Shown: positions 1 to 14,500 of the stretch, piece after piece
How positions within the stretch are numbered: the stretch's first letter is position 1
Layout of the letters: the number at the start of each line of letters is the position of its first letter
NCBI RefSeq assembly: GCF_009914755.1
Contig: NC_060948.1
Direction: 5' to 3' (one strand)
DNA length: 64,000 nucleotides
Origin: the human T2T-CHM13v2.0 reference genome, Homo sapiens
Position numbers and translations under genes: made by a program
The notes under the pieces: generated by a model
The model's database searches: none
What the model saw: the letters and a program-made list of their open reading frames with translations, nothing else
Told to the model about the DNA's origin: nothing

Positions 1-60
1 GGAATGGAATCGAACTGAAGAGACTGGAATGGAATGCACTGGAATGGAAGGGAGTGTAAT

Positions 61-75
61 GGAAGGTTCTCGAAA
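61..75. promoter_or_regulatory. Perfect three-pentamer heat-shock element motif, site A (gGAAggTTCtcGAAa), recurring once per unit
   Basis: Exact match to nGAAnnTTCnnGAAn at 61-75, recurring at 3599, 7113, 10667, 14201 and onward; first GAA lost at ~31930. Motif is seen directly; function is not shown. Confidence 0.55.
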
Positions 76-1085
76 AAAATGGAATCGAATGGAATGGAAT
101 TGAATGGAACGGAATAGAGTCGAATGGAATTGAATGGAATGGAATGGACTAGAGTGAAATGGAATCGAACCACAAGGAATGGACAGGAATAGAATGGTCT
201 CGAATTGAATGGAATCGTATGGAATGGCATCAAACGGAATGGAATGGACAGCCACGGAATGGAATGCACTCGAATGCAATGGAGTCGAAACTAATGGATG
301 GAATAGAATGGACTTGACTGGTACGGACTCCAATGGAATGGAATCGAATGGAAGGGAATCGAACGGAATGGACTCGAAGGGAAAAGACTGCAATGGAAAG
401 GTCTCCAATGGAATGGAAATTAATGGAATGGAATGGAATCGAATGAAATGGAGTCAAAAGGAATGGAATCGAATGGCAAGAAATCGAATGTAATGGAATC
501 GCAAGGAATTGATGTGAACGGAACGGAATGGAATGGAATCCAAAGGAATGGAATAGAATGGAATGGAATCGAATGGAAAGGACACGAATGGAAATCACTC
601 GAATAGAATGCAATTTAATAAAATAGGATCAAATGTAATGGAATGCAATGGAAAGGAATCGAAACGAAAGGAATGGAGACAGATGGAATGGAATGGAACA
701 GAGAGCAATGGTATAGAATGGAATGGAATCATCTGGAATGGAATTGAATGGAATGGAATAATATGAAATGGAATGGAATGGAATGGAATGGAATGCCCTT
801 GAATTAAATGGACTGGAATGGAATGGACTCGAACAGAGTGGAATGGAAAGTGTTGAGATAGAATGGAATGGACTCCTTTGGAATGGTCTAGTATGCAATG
901 CAATCGACTGGCAGGGAATCAAAAGGAATGTAATGGAATGGATTGGACTGGAATGCAATGGACTCGAATAGATTGGAAACGGAATGCAAAGGAATGGAAT
1001 GGAATAGTATGGAATGGAATGGAAAGGAATGGAGTGGAATAGACTAGAGTGGAATGGAATGGACTGGAAAGCAATGGACTGGAAT

Positions 1086-1100
1086 GGAACTTTCTTGAAT
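1086..1100. promoter_or_regulatory. Perfect three-pentamer heat-shock element motif, site B (gGAActTTCttGAAt), recurring once per unit
   Basis: Exact match to nGAAnnTTCnnGAAn at 1086-1100; first GAA lost (gaaac) in the copies at ~4615 and ~22319. Function is not shown. Confidence 0.55.
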
Positions 1101-3318
1101 GGACTGGAATCAAACGGAATGGAATGCAATGCAATCAAATGGCATAGAATAAGATAGAATGAAAGAGAATCAAATGGAATTGAATGGAATGGAATCGAAT
1201 GGATTGGAAAGGAATAGAATGGAATGGAATGGAATTGACTCAAATGGAATGGACTAGAATGGAATGGATTCGAATGGAAGGCAAAGGAATGGAATCTATT
1301 GGAATGGACTGTAATGGAATGCAATGGAAGGGATTGGAATGGACTCGAATGGAATGGACTGCAATAGAAAGGATACGAATGGAATGAAAAAGAATTGAAT
1401 GGAATAGAACAGAATGGAAACAAATCGAATGAAATGGAATGGAATAGAAAGGAATGGAATGAAATGGAATGGAAAGGATTCGAATGGAATGCAAACGAAT
1501 GGAATGGAATCGAACGGAATGGAATAAAATGGAAGAAAACTGGCAAGAAATGGAATCGAAATGAATGGAGTGTTATGGAAGGGACTCAAAAGGAATTGAA
1601 TGTAATAGAATGGAGTGGAGTGGACTCGAATATAATGGACTTGAATGGAATGAAATCACATGGAATGGGAACGAATGGAATGGAATGGAAAGGAATGGAA
1701 TCGAATGGAAAGGAATCGAATGGAAGGGAATGAAATTGAACCAACAGGAATGGAAGGGAATAGAATAGACGGTAATGGAATGGACTCGAATAGAATGGAC
1801 ACGAATGCTCAAATTGAATGGACTCGAATGGAATGGAAACGAAAGGAATGTCATCGAATGGAATTGAATCGATTGGAATGAAATCGCATAGAATGGAGTG
1901 GAATCAAATGGAATTGAATCGAAAGGAAAGGAAGCGAATGGACTGAAATGAAATGGAATGGAATTGAATGGAAAGTAATGCAATGGAATAGAATGGAACG
2001 AAATTTCACGGAATGGAATCAAACTGAATGGAATCAAATCAATGGAATCTAATCAAATGGAATGGAAAGGAATTGAATGGAGTAGATTGGATTGGATGGG
2101 ATTGGAATGAAATGTACTGGAAAGGACTGGAATTTCATGAAACGGAATGGAATGAATTGGAACGGAATGGACTCGAATGGAATGGAATGTCATGGAATGG
2201 CATCAAATGGAATGGCATCAAATGGAATGGAATCGAATGCAATGGAATGCTATGGAATGGAATGGAATGCATTGGAATGGAATGTCCTCTAATGGAATGG
2301 ATTCGAGTGGAATGGAATCGAATATAATGGAGTCGAATGAAATGGAATTGAAAGGAATGGGATCGAATACAATGGAATATACTGGAATGTAATGTAATGA
2401 ACTCGAATGTAATTGACTGGAATGGAATGTATATGAATGGAATGTAATCGAATGGAAAGTAATCCAATGGAATAGAATCTAATGCAATAAAATCGACTCA
2501 GATAGAGTAGAATGTAATGGAATGGAGTGCAGTGCAATGGAATGGAATGGAATGGAATGCAATGGAATGGAATGGAATGGGATGGAATGGTATGGAATGG
2601 ATAGTAATGGACTGGAGTGAAATGGACTGGAAAGGAATGGACTCAAATTGAAAGGGCTCGAAAGGAATGGAGACAAATGGAATGGTCTGGAATGGAATGA
2701 ACACGAATGTAATGCAATCCAATAGAATAGAGTCGAATGGCATGGAATATAAAGAAATGGAATCGAAGAGAATAGAAACAAATGGAATGGAATTGAATGG
2801 AATGGAATTGAGTGGAATGGGAACGAATGGAGTGAAATTGTATGCAGTAGAAGAGAATAGAATGGAATGCAAGCGAAAGGAAAGGAATGGATTGGAATGG
2901 AATGGAATTCATTGGAATGGAAGGGAATGTAGTGTAATGGACAGGCCTGGAATAAAGTGGAATGCTACGGTCTCGAGTGGAATAAAAATGTATGGATTGG
3001 AATGCAATGAAACGGAATCGAATGTCATAGAATGTAATGGAATGCAAAAAAATGGAATCCGAAATCATTGACTGGAAAGGCTGGGTGTCGAAAGGAATTG
3101 ACTCCAATGGAATGGAATCGAATGGAATGGAAGTGAATAGAATCGAACTAAATCGAATGGAATGGAATTGATAGGAACGGAATGGAAAGGAATGCAATGA
3201 TTTGGCATGGAATGGAATCGAATGGCATCGAATGGAATGGAATGGAATGCAATGGAATGGAATGTATTAGAATGTAATGAACTTTAATGGAATGTACTCG
3301 AAAGGATTTGACTGGAAT

Positions 3319-3333
3319 GGAATGTTCTGGAAG
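3319..3333. promoter_or_regulatory. Perfect three-pentamer heat-shock element motif, site C (gGAAtgTTCtgGAAg), recurring once per unit
   Basis: Exact match to nGAAnnTTCnnGAAn at 3319-3333; the core looks intact in all 18 copies, with changes only at spacer bases (6843 TTCag, 10397 TTCtt, 13931 TTCtc). Function is not shown. Confidence 0.55.
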
Positions 3334-5569
3334 TGAATGGACTCCAATGGAATGGATTCGAAAGGAATGGAATCGTACGGAATGGAATCTAATGGAATGG
3401 AATTAAATGGAAATGAATCAAATTGAATAGCACGGAATTGAATTGAATGGAATGGAATGCAATGGAATCTAATGAAACGGAAAGGAAAGGAATGCAATGG
3501 AATGGAATGGGCTGGAATGGAAAGGAATCGAAACGAATGGAATGGAATCGAACTGAAGAGACTGGAATGGAATGCACTGGAATGGAAGGGAGTGTAATGG
3601 AAGGTTCTCGAAAAAAATGGAATCGAATGGAATGGAATTGAGTGGAACGGAATAGAGTCGAATGGAATTGAATGGAATGGAATGGACTAGAGTGAAATGG
3701 AATCGAACCACAAGGAATGGACAGGAATAGAATGGTCTCGAACTGAATGGAATCGTATGGAATGGCATCAAACGGAATGGAATGGACAGCCACGGAATGG
3801 AATGCACTCGAATGCAATGGAGTCGAAACTAATGGACTGGAATAGAATGGACTCGACTGGTACGGACTCCAATGGAATGGAATCGAATGGAAGGGAATCG
3901 AACGGAATGGACTCAAAGGGAAAAGACTGCAATGGAACGGTCTCGAATGGAATGGAAATTAATGGAATGGAATGGAATCGAATGAAATGGAGTCAAAAGG
4001 AATGGAATCGAATGGCAAGAAATCGAATGTAATGGAATCGCAAGGAATTGATATGAACGGAACGGAATGGAATGGAATCCAAAGGAATGGAATAGAATGG
4101 AATGGAATCGAATGGAAAGGACTCGAATGGAAATCACTCGAATAGAATGCAATTTAATAAAATAGGATCAAATGTAATGGAATGGAATGGAAAGGAATCG
4201 AAACGAAAGGAATGGAGACAGATGGAATGGAATGGAACAGATAGCAATGGTATACAATGGAATGGAATCATCTGGAATGGAATTGAATGGAATGCAATAA
4301 TATGAAATGGAATGGAATGGAATGGAATGGAATGCCCTTGAATTAAATGGACTGGACTCGAACAGAGTGGAATGGAAAGTGTTGAGATAGAATGGAATGG
4401 ACTCCTTTGGAATGGTCTAGTATGCAATGCAATCGACTGGCAGGGAATCAAAAGGAATGTAATGGAATGGATTGGACTGGAATGCAATGGACTCGAATAG
4501 ATTGGAAACGGAATGCAAAGGAATGGAATGGAATAGTATGGAATGGAATGGAAAGGAATGGAGTGGAATAGACTAGAGTGGAATGGAATGGACTGGAAAG
4601 CAATGGACTGGAATGAAACTTTCTTGAATGGACTGGAATCAAACGGAATGGAATGCAATGCAATCAAATGGCATGGAATAAGATAGAATGAAAGAGAATC
4701 AAATGGAATTGAATCGAATGGAATCGAATGGATTGGAAAGGAAGAGAATGGAATGGAATGGAATTGACTCAAATGGAATGGACTAGAATGGAATGGATTC
4801 CAATGGAAGGCAAAGGAATGGAATCTATTGGAATGGACTGTAATGGAATGGAATGGAAGGGATTGGAATGGACTCGAATGGAATGGACTGCAATAGAAAG
4901 GATTCGAATGGAATGAAAAAGAATTGAATGGAATAGAACAGAATGGAATCAAATCGAATGAAATGGAATGGAATAGAAAGGAATGGAATGAAATGGAATG
5001 GAAAGGATTCGAATGGAATGGAATCGAATGGAATGGAATCGAACGGAATGGAATAAAATGGAAGAAAACTGGCAAGAAATGGAATCGAAATGAATGGAGT
5101 GTTATGGAACGGACTCAAAAGGAATTGAATGTAATAGAATGGAGTGGAGTGGACTCGAATATAATGGACTGGAATGGAATGAAATCACATGGAATGGGAA
5201 CGAATGGAATGGAATGGAAAGGAATGGAATCGAATGGAAAGGAATCGAACGGAAGGGAATGAAATTGAATCAACAGGAATGGAAGGGAATAGAATAGACT
5301 GTAATGGAATGGACACGAATAGAATGGACACGAATGCTCAAATTGAATGGACTCGAATGGAATGGAAAGGAAAGGAAAGTCATCGAATGGAATTGAATCG
5401 ATTGGAATGAAATCGCATAGAATGGAGTGGAATCAAATGGAATTGAATCGAAAGGAAAGGAAGCGAATGGACTGAAATGAAATGGAATGGAATTGAATGG
5501 AAAGTAATGCAATGGAATAGAATGGAACGAAATTTCACGGAATGGAATCAAACTGAATGGAATCAAATC

Positions 5570-8500
5570 AATGGAATATAATCAAATGGAATGGAAAGGA
5601 ATTGAATGGAGTAGATTGGATTGGATGGGATTGGAATGAAATGTACTGGAAAGGACTCGAATTTCATGAAACGGAATGGAATGAATTAGAACGGAATGGA
5701 CTCGAATGGAATGGAATGTCATGGAATGGCATCAAATGGAATGGAATCGAATGCGATGGAATGCTATGGAATGGAATGGAATGCATTGGAATGGAATGTC
5801 CTCTAATGGAATGTATTCGAGTGGAATGGAATCGAATATAATGGAGTCTAATGAAATGGAATTGAAAGGAATGGGACCGAATACAATGGAATATACTGGA
5901 ATGTAATGTAATGAACTCGAATGTAATTGACTGGAATGGAATGTACATGAATGGAATGTAATCGAATGGAAAGCAATCCAATGGAATAGAATCTAATGCA
6001 ATAAAATCGACTCAAATAGAGTAGAATGTAATGGAATGGAGTGCAGTGCAATGGAATGGAATGGAATGGAATGCAATGGAATGGAATGGAATGGAATGGA
6101 ATGGGATGGAATGGTATGGAATGGATAGTAATGGACTGGAGTGAAATGGACTGGAAAAGAATGGACTCAAATTGAAAGGGCTCGAAAGGAATGGAGTCAA
6201 ATGGAATGGTCTGGAATGGAATGAACACGAATGTAATGCAATCCAATGGAATGGAATCGAATGGCATGGAATATAAAGAAATGGAATCGAAGAGAATGGA
6301 AACAAATGGAATGGAATTGAATGGAATGGAATTGAATGGAATGGGAACGAATGGAGTGAAATTGTATGCAGTAGAAGAGAATAGAATGGAATGCAAGCGA
6401 AAGGAAAGGAATGGATTGGAATGGAATGGAATTCATTGGAATGGAAGGGAATGTAGTGTAATGGACAGGCCTGGAATAAAGTGGAATGCTACGGTCTCGA
6501 ATGGAATAAAAATGTATGGAATGGAATGCAATGAAACGGAATCGAATGTCATAGAATGTAATGGAATGCAAAAAAATGGACTCCAAAATCATTGACTGGA
6601 AAGGCTGGGGGTCGAAAGGAATTGACTCCAATGGAATGGAATCGAATGGAATGGAAGTGAATAGAATCGAACTAAATCGAATGGAATGGAATTGATAGGA
6701 ACGGAATGGAAAGGAATGCAATGATTTGGCATGGAATGGAATCGAATGGCATCGAATGGAATGGAATGGATTGCAATGGAATGGAATGTATTAGAATGTA
6801 ATGAACTTTAATGGAATGTACTCGAATGGATTCGACTGGAATGGAATGTTCAGGAAGTGAATGGACTCCAATGGAATGGATTCGAAAGGAATGGAATCTA
6901 ATGGAATGGAATTAAATGGAAATGAATCAAATTGAATAGAACGGAATTGAATTGAATGGAATCGAATGCAATGGAATCTAATGAAACGGAAAGGAAAGGA
7001 ATGGAATGGATTGGAATGGAATGGGCTGGAATGGAATGGAATCGAAACGAATGGAATGGAATCGAACTGAAGAGACTGGAATGGAATGCACTGGAATGGA
7101 AGGGAATGTAATGGAAGGTTCTCGAAAAAAATGGAATCGAAAGGAATGGAATTGAATGGAACGGAATAGAGTCGAATGGAATTCAATGGAATGGAATGGA
7201 CTAGAGTGAAATGGAATCGAACCACAAGGAATGGACAGGAATAGAATGGTCTCGAATTGAATGGAATCGTATGGAATGGCATCAAACGGAATGGAATGGA
7301 CAGCCACGGAATGGAATGGACACCCACGGAATGGAATGCACTCGAATGCAATGGAGTCGACACTAATGGACTGGAATAGAATGGACTCGACTGGTACGGA
7401 GTCCAATGGAATGGAATCGAATGGAAGGGAATCGAACGGAATGGACTCGAAGTGAAAAGACTGCAATGGAAAGGTCTCCAATGGAATGGAAATTAATGGA
7501 ATGGAATGGAATCGAATGAAATGGAGTCAAAAGGAATGGAATCGAATGGCAAGAAATCGAATGTAATGGAATCGCAAGGAATGGATGTGAACGGAACGGA
7601 ATGGAATGGAATCCAAAGGAATGGAATAGAATGGAATGGAATCGAATGGAAAGGACTCGAATGGAAATCACTCGAATAGAATGCAATTTAATAAAATAGG
7701 ATCAAATGTAATGGAATGGAATGGAAAGGAATCGAAATGAAAGGAATGGAGACAGATGGAATGGAATGGAACAGAGAACAATGGTATAGAATGGAATGGA
7801 ATAATCTGGAATGGAATTGAATGGAATGGAATAATATGAAATGGAATGGAATGGAATGGAATGCCCTTGAATTAAATGGACTGGAATGGAATGGACTCGA
7901 ACAGAGTGGAATGGAAAGTGTTGAAATAGAATGGAATGGACTCGTTTGGAATGGTCTAGTATGCAATGCAATCGACTGGCAGGGAATCAAAAGGAATGTA
8001 ATCGAATGGATTGGACTGGAATGCAATGGACTCGAATAGATTGGAAACGGAAAGCAAAGGAATGGAATGGAATAGTATGGAATGGAATGGAAAGGAATGG
8101 AGTGGAATAGACTAGAGTGGAATGGAATGGACTCGAAAGCAATGGACTGGAATGGAACTTTCTTGAATGGACTGGAATCAAACGGAATGGAATGCAATGC
8201 AATCAAATGGCATGGAATAAAATAGAATGAAAGAGAATCAAATGGAATTGAATCGAATGGAATCGAATGGATTGGAAAGGAATAGAATGGAATGGAATGG
8301 AATTGACTCAAATGGAATGGACTAGAATGGAATGGATTCGAATGGAAGGCAAAGGAATGGAATCTATTGGAATGGACTGTAATGGAATGGAATGGAAGGG
8401 ATTGGAATGGACTCGAATGGAATGGACTGCCATAGAAAGGATTCGAATGGAATGAAAAAGAATTGAATGGAATAGAACAGAATGGAATCAAATCGAATGA

Positions 8501-11500
8501 AATGGAATGGAATAGAAAGGAATGGAATGAAATGGAATGGAAAGGATTCGAATGGAATGCAATCGAATGGAATGCAATCGAATGGAATGGAATCGAACGG
8601 AATGGAATAAAATGGAAGAAAACTGGCAAGAAATGGAATCGAAATGAATGGAGTGTTATGGAACGGACTCAAAAGGAATTGAATGTAATAGAATGGAGTG
8701 GAGTGGACTCGAATATAATGGACTGGAATGGAATGAAATCACATGGAATGGGAACGAATGGAATGGAATGGAAAGGAATGGAATCGAATGGAAAGGAATC
8801 GAATGGAAGGGAATGAAATTGAATCAACAGGAATGGAAGGGAGTAGAATAGACGGTAATGGAATGGACTCGAATAGAATGGACACGAATGCTCAAATTGA
8901 ATGGACTCGAATGGAATGGAAACGAAAGGAATGTCATCGAATGGAATTGAATCGATTGGAATGAAATCACATAGAATGGAGTGGAATCAAATGGAATTGA
9001 ATCGAAAGGAAAGGAAGCGAATGGACTGAAATGAAATGGAATGGAATTAAATGGAAATTAATGCAATGGAATAGAATGGAACGAAATTTCACGGAATGGA
9101 ATCAAACTAAATGGAATCAAATCAATGGAATATAATCAAATGGAATGGAAAGGAATTGAATGGAGTAGATTGGATTGGATGGGATTGGAATGAAATGTAC
9201 TGGAAAGGACTCGAATTTCATGAAACGGAATGGAATGAATTAGAACGGAATGGACTCGAATGGAATGGAATGTCATGGAATGGCATCAAATGGAATGGAA
9301 TCGAATGCGATGGAATGCTATGGAATGGAATGGAATGCATTGGAATGGAATGTCCTCTAATGGAATGTATTCGAGTGGAATGGAATCGAATATAATGGAG
9401 TCTAATGAAAGGGAATTGAAAGGAATGGGACCGAATACAACGGAATATACTGGAATGTAATGTAATGAACTCGAATGTAATTGACTGGAATGGAATGTAC
9501 ATGAATGGAATGTAATCGAATGGAAAGCAATCCAATGGAATAGAATCTAATGCAATAAAATCGACTCAAATAGAGTAGAATGTAATGGAATGGAGTGCAG
9601 TGCAATGGAATGGAATGGAATGGAATGCAATGGAATGGAATGGAATGGAATGGAATGGGATGGAATGGTATGGAATGGATAGTAATGGACTGGAGTGAAA
9701 TGGACTGGAAAAGAATGGACTCAAATTGAAAGGTCTCGAAAGGAATGGAGTCAAATGGAATGGTCTGGAATGGAATGAACACGAATGTAATGCAATCCAA
9801 TAGAATGGAATCGAATGGCATGGAATATAAAGAAATGGAATCGAAGAGAATGGAAACAAATGGAATGGAATTGAATGGAATGGAATTGAATGGAATGGGA
9901 ACGAATGGAGTGAAATTGTATGCACTAGAAGAGAATAGAATGGAATGCAAGCGAAAGGAAAGGAATGGATTGGAATGGAATGGAATTCATTGGAATGGAA
10001 GGGAATGTAGTGTAATGGACAGGGCTGGAATAAAGTGGAATGCTACGGTCTCGAATGGAATAAAAATGTATGGAATGGAATGCAATGAAACGGAATCGAA
10101 TGTCATAGAATGTAATGGAATGCAAAAAAATGGACTCCAAAATCATTGACTGGAAAGGCTGGGTGTCGAAAGGAATTGACTCCAATGGAATGGAATCGAA
10201 TGGAATGGAAGTGAATAGAATGGAACTAAATCGAATGGAATGGAATTGATAGGAACGGAATGGAAAGGAATGCAATGATTTGGCATGGAATGGAATCGAA
10301 TGGCATCGAATGGAATGGAATGGAATGCAATGGAATGGAATGTATTAGAATGTAATGAACTTTAATGGAATATACTCGAATGGATTCGACTGGAATGGAA
10401 TGTTCTTGAAGTGAATGGACTCCAATTGAATGGATTCGAAAGGAATGGAATCTAATGGAATGGAATTAAATGGAAATGAATCAAATTGAATAGAACGGAA
10501 TTGAATTGAATGGAATCGAATGCAATGGAATCTAATGAAACGGAAAGGAAAGGAATGGAATGGATTGGAATGGAATGGGCTGGAATGGAATGGAATCGAA
10601 ACGAATGGAATGGAATCGAACTGAAGAGACTGGAATGGAATGCACTGGAATGGAAGGGAATGTAATGGAAGGTTCTCGAAAAAAATGGAATCGAAAGGAA
10701 TGGAATTGAATGGAACGGAATAGAGTCGAATGGAATTCAATGGAATGGAATGGACTAGAGTGAAATGGAATCGAACCACAAGGAATGGACAGGAATAGAA
10801 TGGTCTCGAATTGAATGGAATCGTATGGAATGGCATCAAACGGAATGGAATGGACAGCCACGGAATGGAATGCACTCGAATGCAATGGAGTCGACACTAA
10901 TGGACTGGAATAGAATGGACTCGACTGGTACGGACTCCAATGGAATGGAATCGAATGGAAGGGAATCGAACGGAATGGACTCGAAGGGAAAAGACTGCAA
11001 TGGAAAGGTCTCGAATGGAATGGAAATTAATGGAATGGAATGGAATCGAATGAAATGGAGTCAAAAGGAATGGAATCGAATGGCAAGAAATTGAATGTAA
11101 TGGAATCGCAAGGAATTGATGTGAACGGAACGGAATGGAATGGAATCGAAAGGGATGGAATGGAATCGAATGGAAAGGACTCGAATGGAAATCACTCGAA
11201 TAGAATGCAATTTAATAAAATAGGATCAAATGTAATGGAATGGAATGGAAAGGAATCGAAACGAAAGGAATGGAGACAGATGGAATGGAATGGAACAGAG
11301 AGCAATGGTATAGAATGGAATGGAATCATCTGGAATTTAATTGAATGGAATGGAATAAGATGAAATGGAATGGAATGGAATGGAATGCCCTTGAATTAAA
11401 TGGACTGGAATGGAATGGACTCGAACAGAGTGGAATGGAAAGTGTTGAAATAGAATGGAATGGACTCCTTTGGAATGGTCTAGTATGCAATGCAATCGAC

Positions 11501-14500
11501 TGGCAGAGAATCAAGAGGAATGTAATCGAATGGAAAGGACTGGAATGCAATGGAATCGAATAGATTGGAAACGGAAAGCAAAGGAATGGAATGGAATAGT
11601 ATGGAATGGAATGGAAAGGAATGGAGTGGAATAGACTAGAGTGGAATGGAATGGACTCGAAAGCAATGGACTGGAATGGAACTTTCTTGAATGGACTGGA
11701 ATCAAACGGAATGGAATGCAATGCAATCAAATGGCATGGAATAAAATAGAATGAAAGAGAATCAAACGGAATTGAATCGAATGGAATCGAATGGATTGGA
11801 AAGGAATAGAATGGAATGGAATGGAATTGACTCAAATGGAATGGACTAGAATGGAATGGATTCGAATGGAAGGCAAAGGAATGGAATCTATTGGAATGGA
11901 CTGTAATGGAATGGAATGTAAGGGATTGGAATGGACTCAAATGGAATGGACTGCAATAGAAAGGATTCGAATGGAATGAAAAAGAATTGAATGGAATAAA
12001 ACAGAATGGAATCAAATCGAATGAAATGGAATGGAATAGAAAGGAATGGAAAGGATTCGAATGGAATGCAATCGAATGGAATGCAATCGAATGGAATGGA
12101 ATCGAACGGAATGGAATAAAATGGAAGAAAACTGGCAAGAAATGGAATCGAAATGAATGGAGTGTTATGGAACGGACTCAAAAGGAATTGAATGTAATAG
12201 AATGGAGTGGAGTGGACTCGAATATAATGGACTGGAATGGAATGAAATCACATGGAATGGGAACGAATGGAATGGAATGGAAAGGAATGGAATCGAATGG
12301 AAAGGAATCGAATGGAAGGGAATGAAATTGAATCAACAGGAATGGAAGGGAGTAGAATAGACGGTAATGGAATGGACTCGAATAGAATGGACACGAATGC
12401 TCAAATTGAATGGACTCGAATGGAATGGAAACGAAAGGAATGTCATCGAATGGAATTGAATCGATTGGAATGAAATCACATAGAATGGAGTGGAATCAAA
12501 TGGAATTGAATCGAAAGGAAAGGAAGCGAATGGACTGAAATGAAATGGAATGGAATTGAATGGAAATTAATGCAATGGAATAGAATGGAACGAAATTTCA
12601 CGGAATGGAATCAAACTGAATGGAATCAAATCAATGGAATATAATCAAATGGAATGGAAAGGAATTGAATGGAGTAGATTGGATTGGATGGGATTGGAAT
12701 GAAATGCACTGGAAAGGACTCGAATTTCATGAAACGGAATGGAATGAATTGGAACGGAATGGACTCGAATGGAATGGAATGTCACGGAATGGCATCAAAT
12801 GGAATGGCATCAAATGGAATGGAATAGAATGCAATGGAATGCTATGGAATGGAATGGAATGCATTGGAATGGAATGTCCTCTAATGGAATGCATTCGAGT
12901 GGAATGGAATCGAATATAATGGAGTCGAATGAATTGGAATTGAAAGGAATGGGATCGAATACCATGTAATATACTGGAATGTAATGTAATGAACTCGAAT
13001 GTAATTGACTGGAATGGAATGTACATGAATGGAATGTAATCGAATGGAAAGTAATCCAATGGAATAGAATCTAATGCAATAAAATCGACTCAAATAGAAT
13101 AGAATGTAATGGAATGGAGTGCATTGCAATGGAATGGAATGGAATGGAATGCAATGGAATGGAATGGAATGGAATGGAATGGAATGGAATGGGATGGAAT
13201 GGTATGGAATGGATAGTAATGGACTGGAGTGAAATGGACTGGAAAAGAATGGACTCAAATTGAAAGGGCTCGAAAGGAATGGAGTCAAATGGAATGGTCT
13301 GGAATGGAATGAATACGAATGTAATGCAATCCAATAGAATGGAATCGAAAGTTATGGAATATAAAGAATTGGAATCGAAGAGAATGGAAACAAATGGAAT
13401 GGAATTGAATGGAATGGAATTGAATGGAATGGGAACGAATGGAGTGAAATTGTATGCAGTAGAAGAGAATAGAATGGAATGCAAGCGAAAGGAAAGGAAT
13501 GGATTGGAATGGAATGGAATTCATTGGAATGGAAGGGAATGTAGTGTAATGGACAGGCCTGGAATAAAGTGGAATGCTACGGTCTCGAATGGAATAAAAA
13601 TGTATGGAATAGAATGCAATGAAACGGAATCGAATGTCATAGAATGTAATGGAATGCAAAAAAATGGAATCCAAAATCATTGACTGGAAAGGCTGGGTGT
13701 CGAAAGGAATTGCCTCCAATGGAATGGAATCGAATGGAATGGAAGTGAATAGAATGGAACTAAATCGAATGGAATGGAATTGATAGGAACGGAATGGAAA
13801 GGAATGCAATGATTTGGCATGGAATGGAATCGAATGGCATCGAATGGAATGGAATGGAATGCAATTGAATGGAATGTATTAGAATGTAATGAACTTTAAT
13901 GTAATGTACTCGAATGGATTCGACTGGAATGGAATGTTCTCGAAGTGAATGGACTCCAATGGAATGGATTCGAAAGGAATGGAATCTAATGGAATGGAAT
14001 TAAATGGAAATGAATCAAATTGAATAGAACGGAATTGAATGGAATGGAATCGAATGCAATGGAATCTAATGAAACGGAAAGGAAAGGAATGGAATGGATT
14101 GGAATGGAATGTGCTGGAATTGAATGGAATCGAAACGAATGGAATGGAGTCGAACTGAAGAGACTGAAATGGAATGCACTGGAATGGAAGGGAGTGTAAT
14201 GGAAGGTTCTCGAAAAAAATGGAATCGAAAGGAATGGAATTGAATGGAACGGAATAGAGTCGAATGGAATTCAATGGAATGGAATGGACTAGAGTGAAAT
14301 GGAATCGAACCACAAGGAATGGACAGGAACAGAATGGTCTCGAATTGAATGGAATCGTATGGAATGGCATCAAACGGAATGGAATGGACAGCAACGGAAT
14401 GGAATGCACTCGAATGCAATGGAGTCGACACTAATGGACTGGAATAGAATGGACTCGACTGGTACGGACTCCATTGAAATGGAATTGAATGGAAGGGAAT

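Noticed and set aside
617-622. AATAAA poly(A)-signal-like hexamers, several per unit
   Set aside because: They arise readily from GGAAT followed by AAA variants, and no transcript structure supports them.
2045-2055. GAATCTAATCA, one mismatch from the DUX4 consensus TAAYYYAATCA
   Set aside because: The mismatch is in the core TAA, the site varies between units, and similarity is expected from the AAT-rich background.
2000-2142. Additional HSE-like motifs GAAatTTCacGGA and TTCatGAA
   Set aside because: Each has only two correct pentamers, so they were not counted as full elements.
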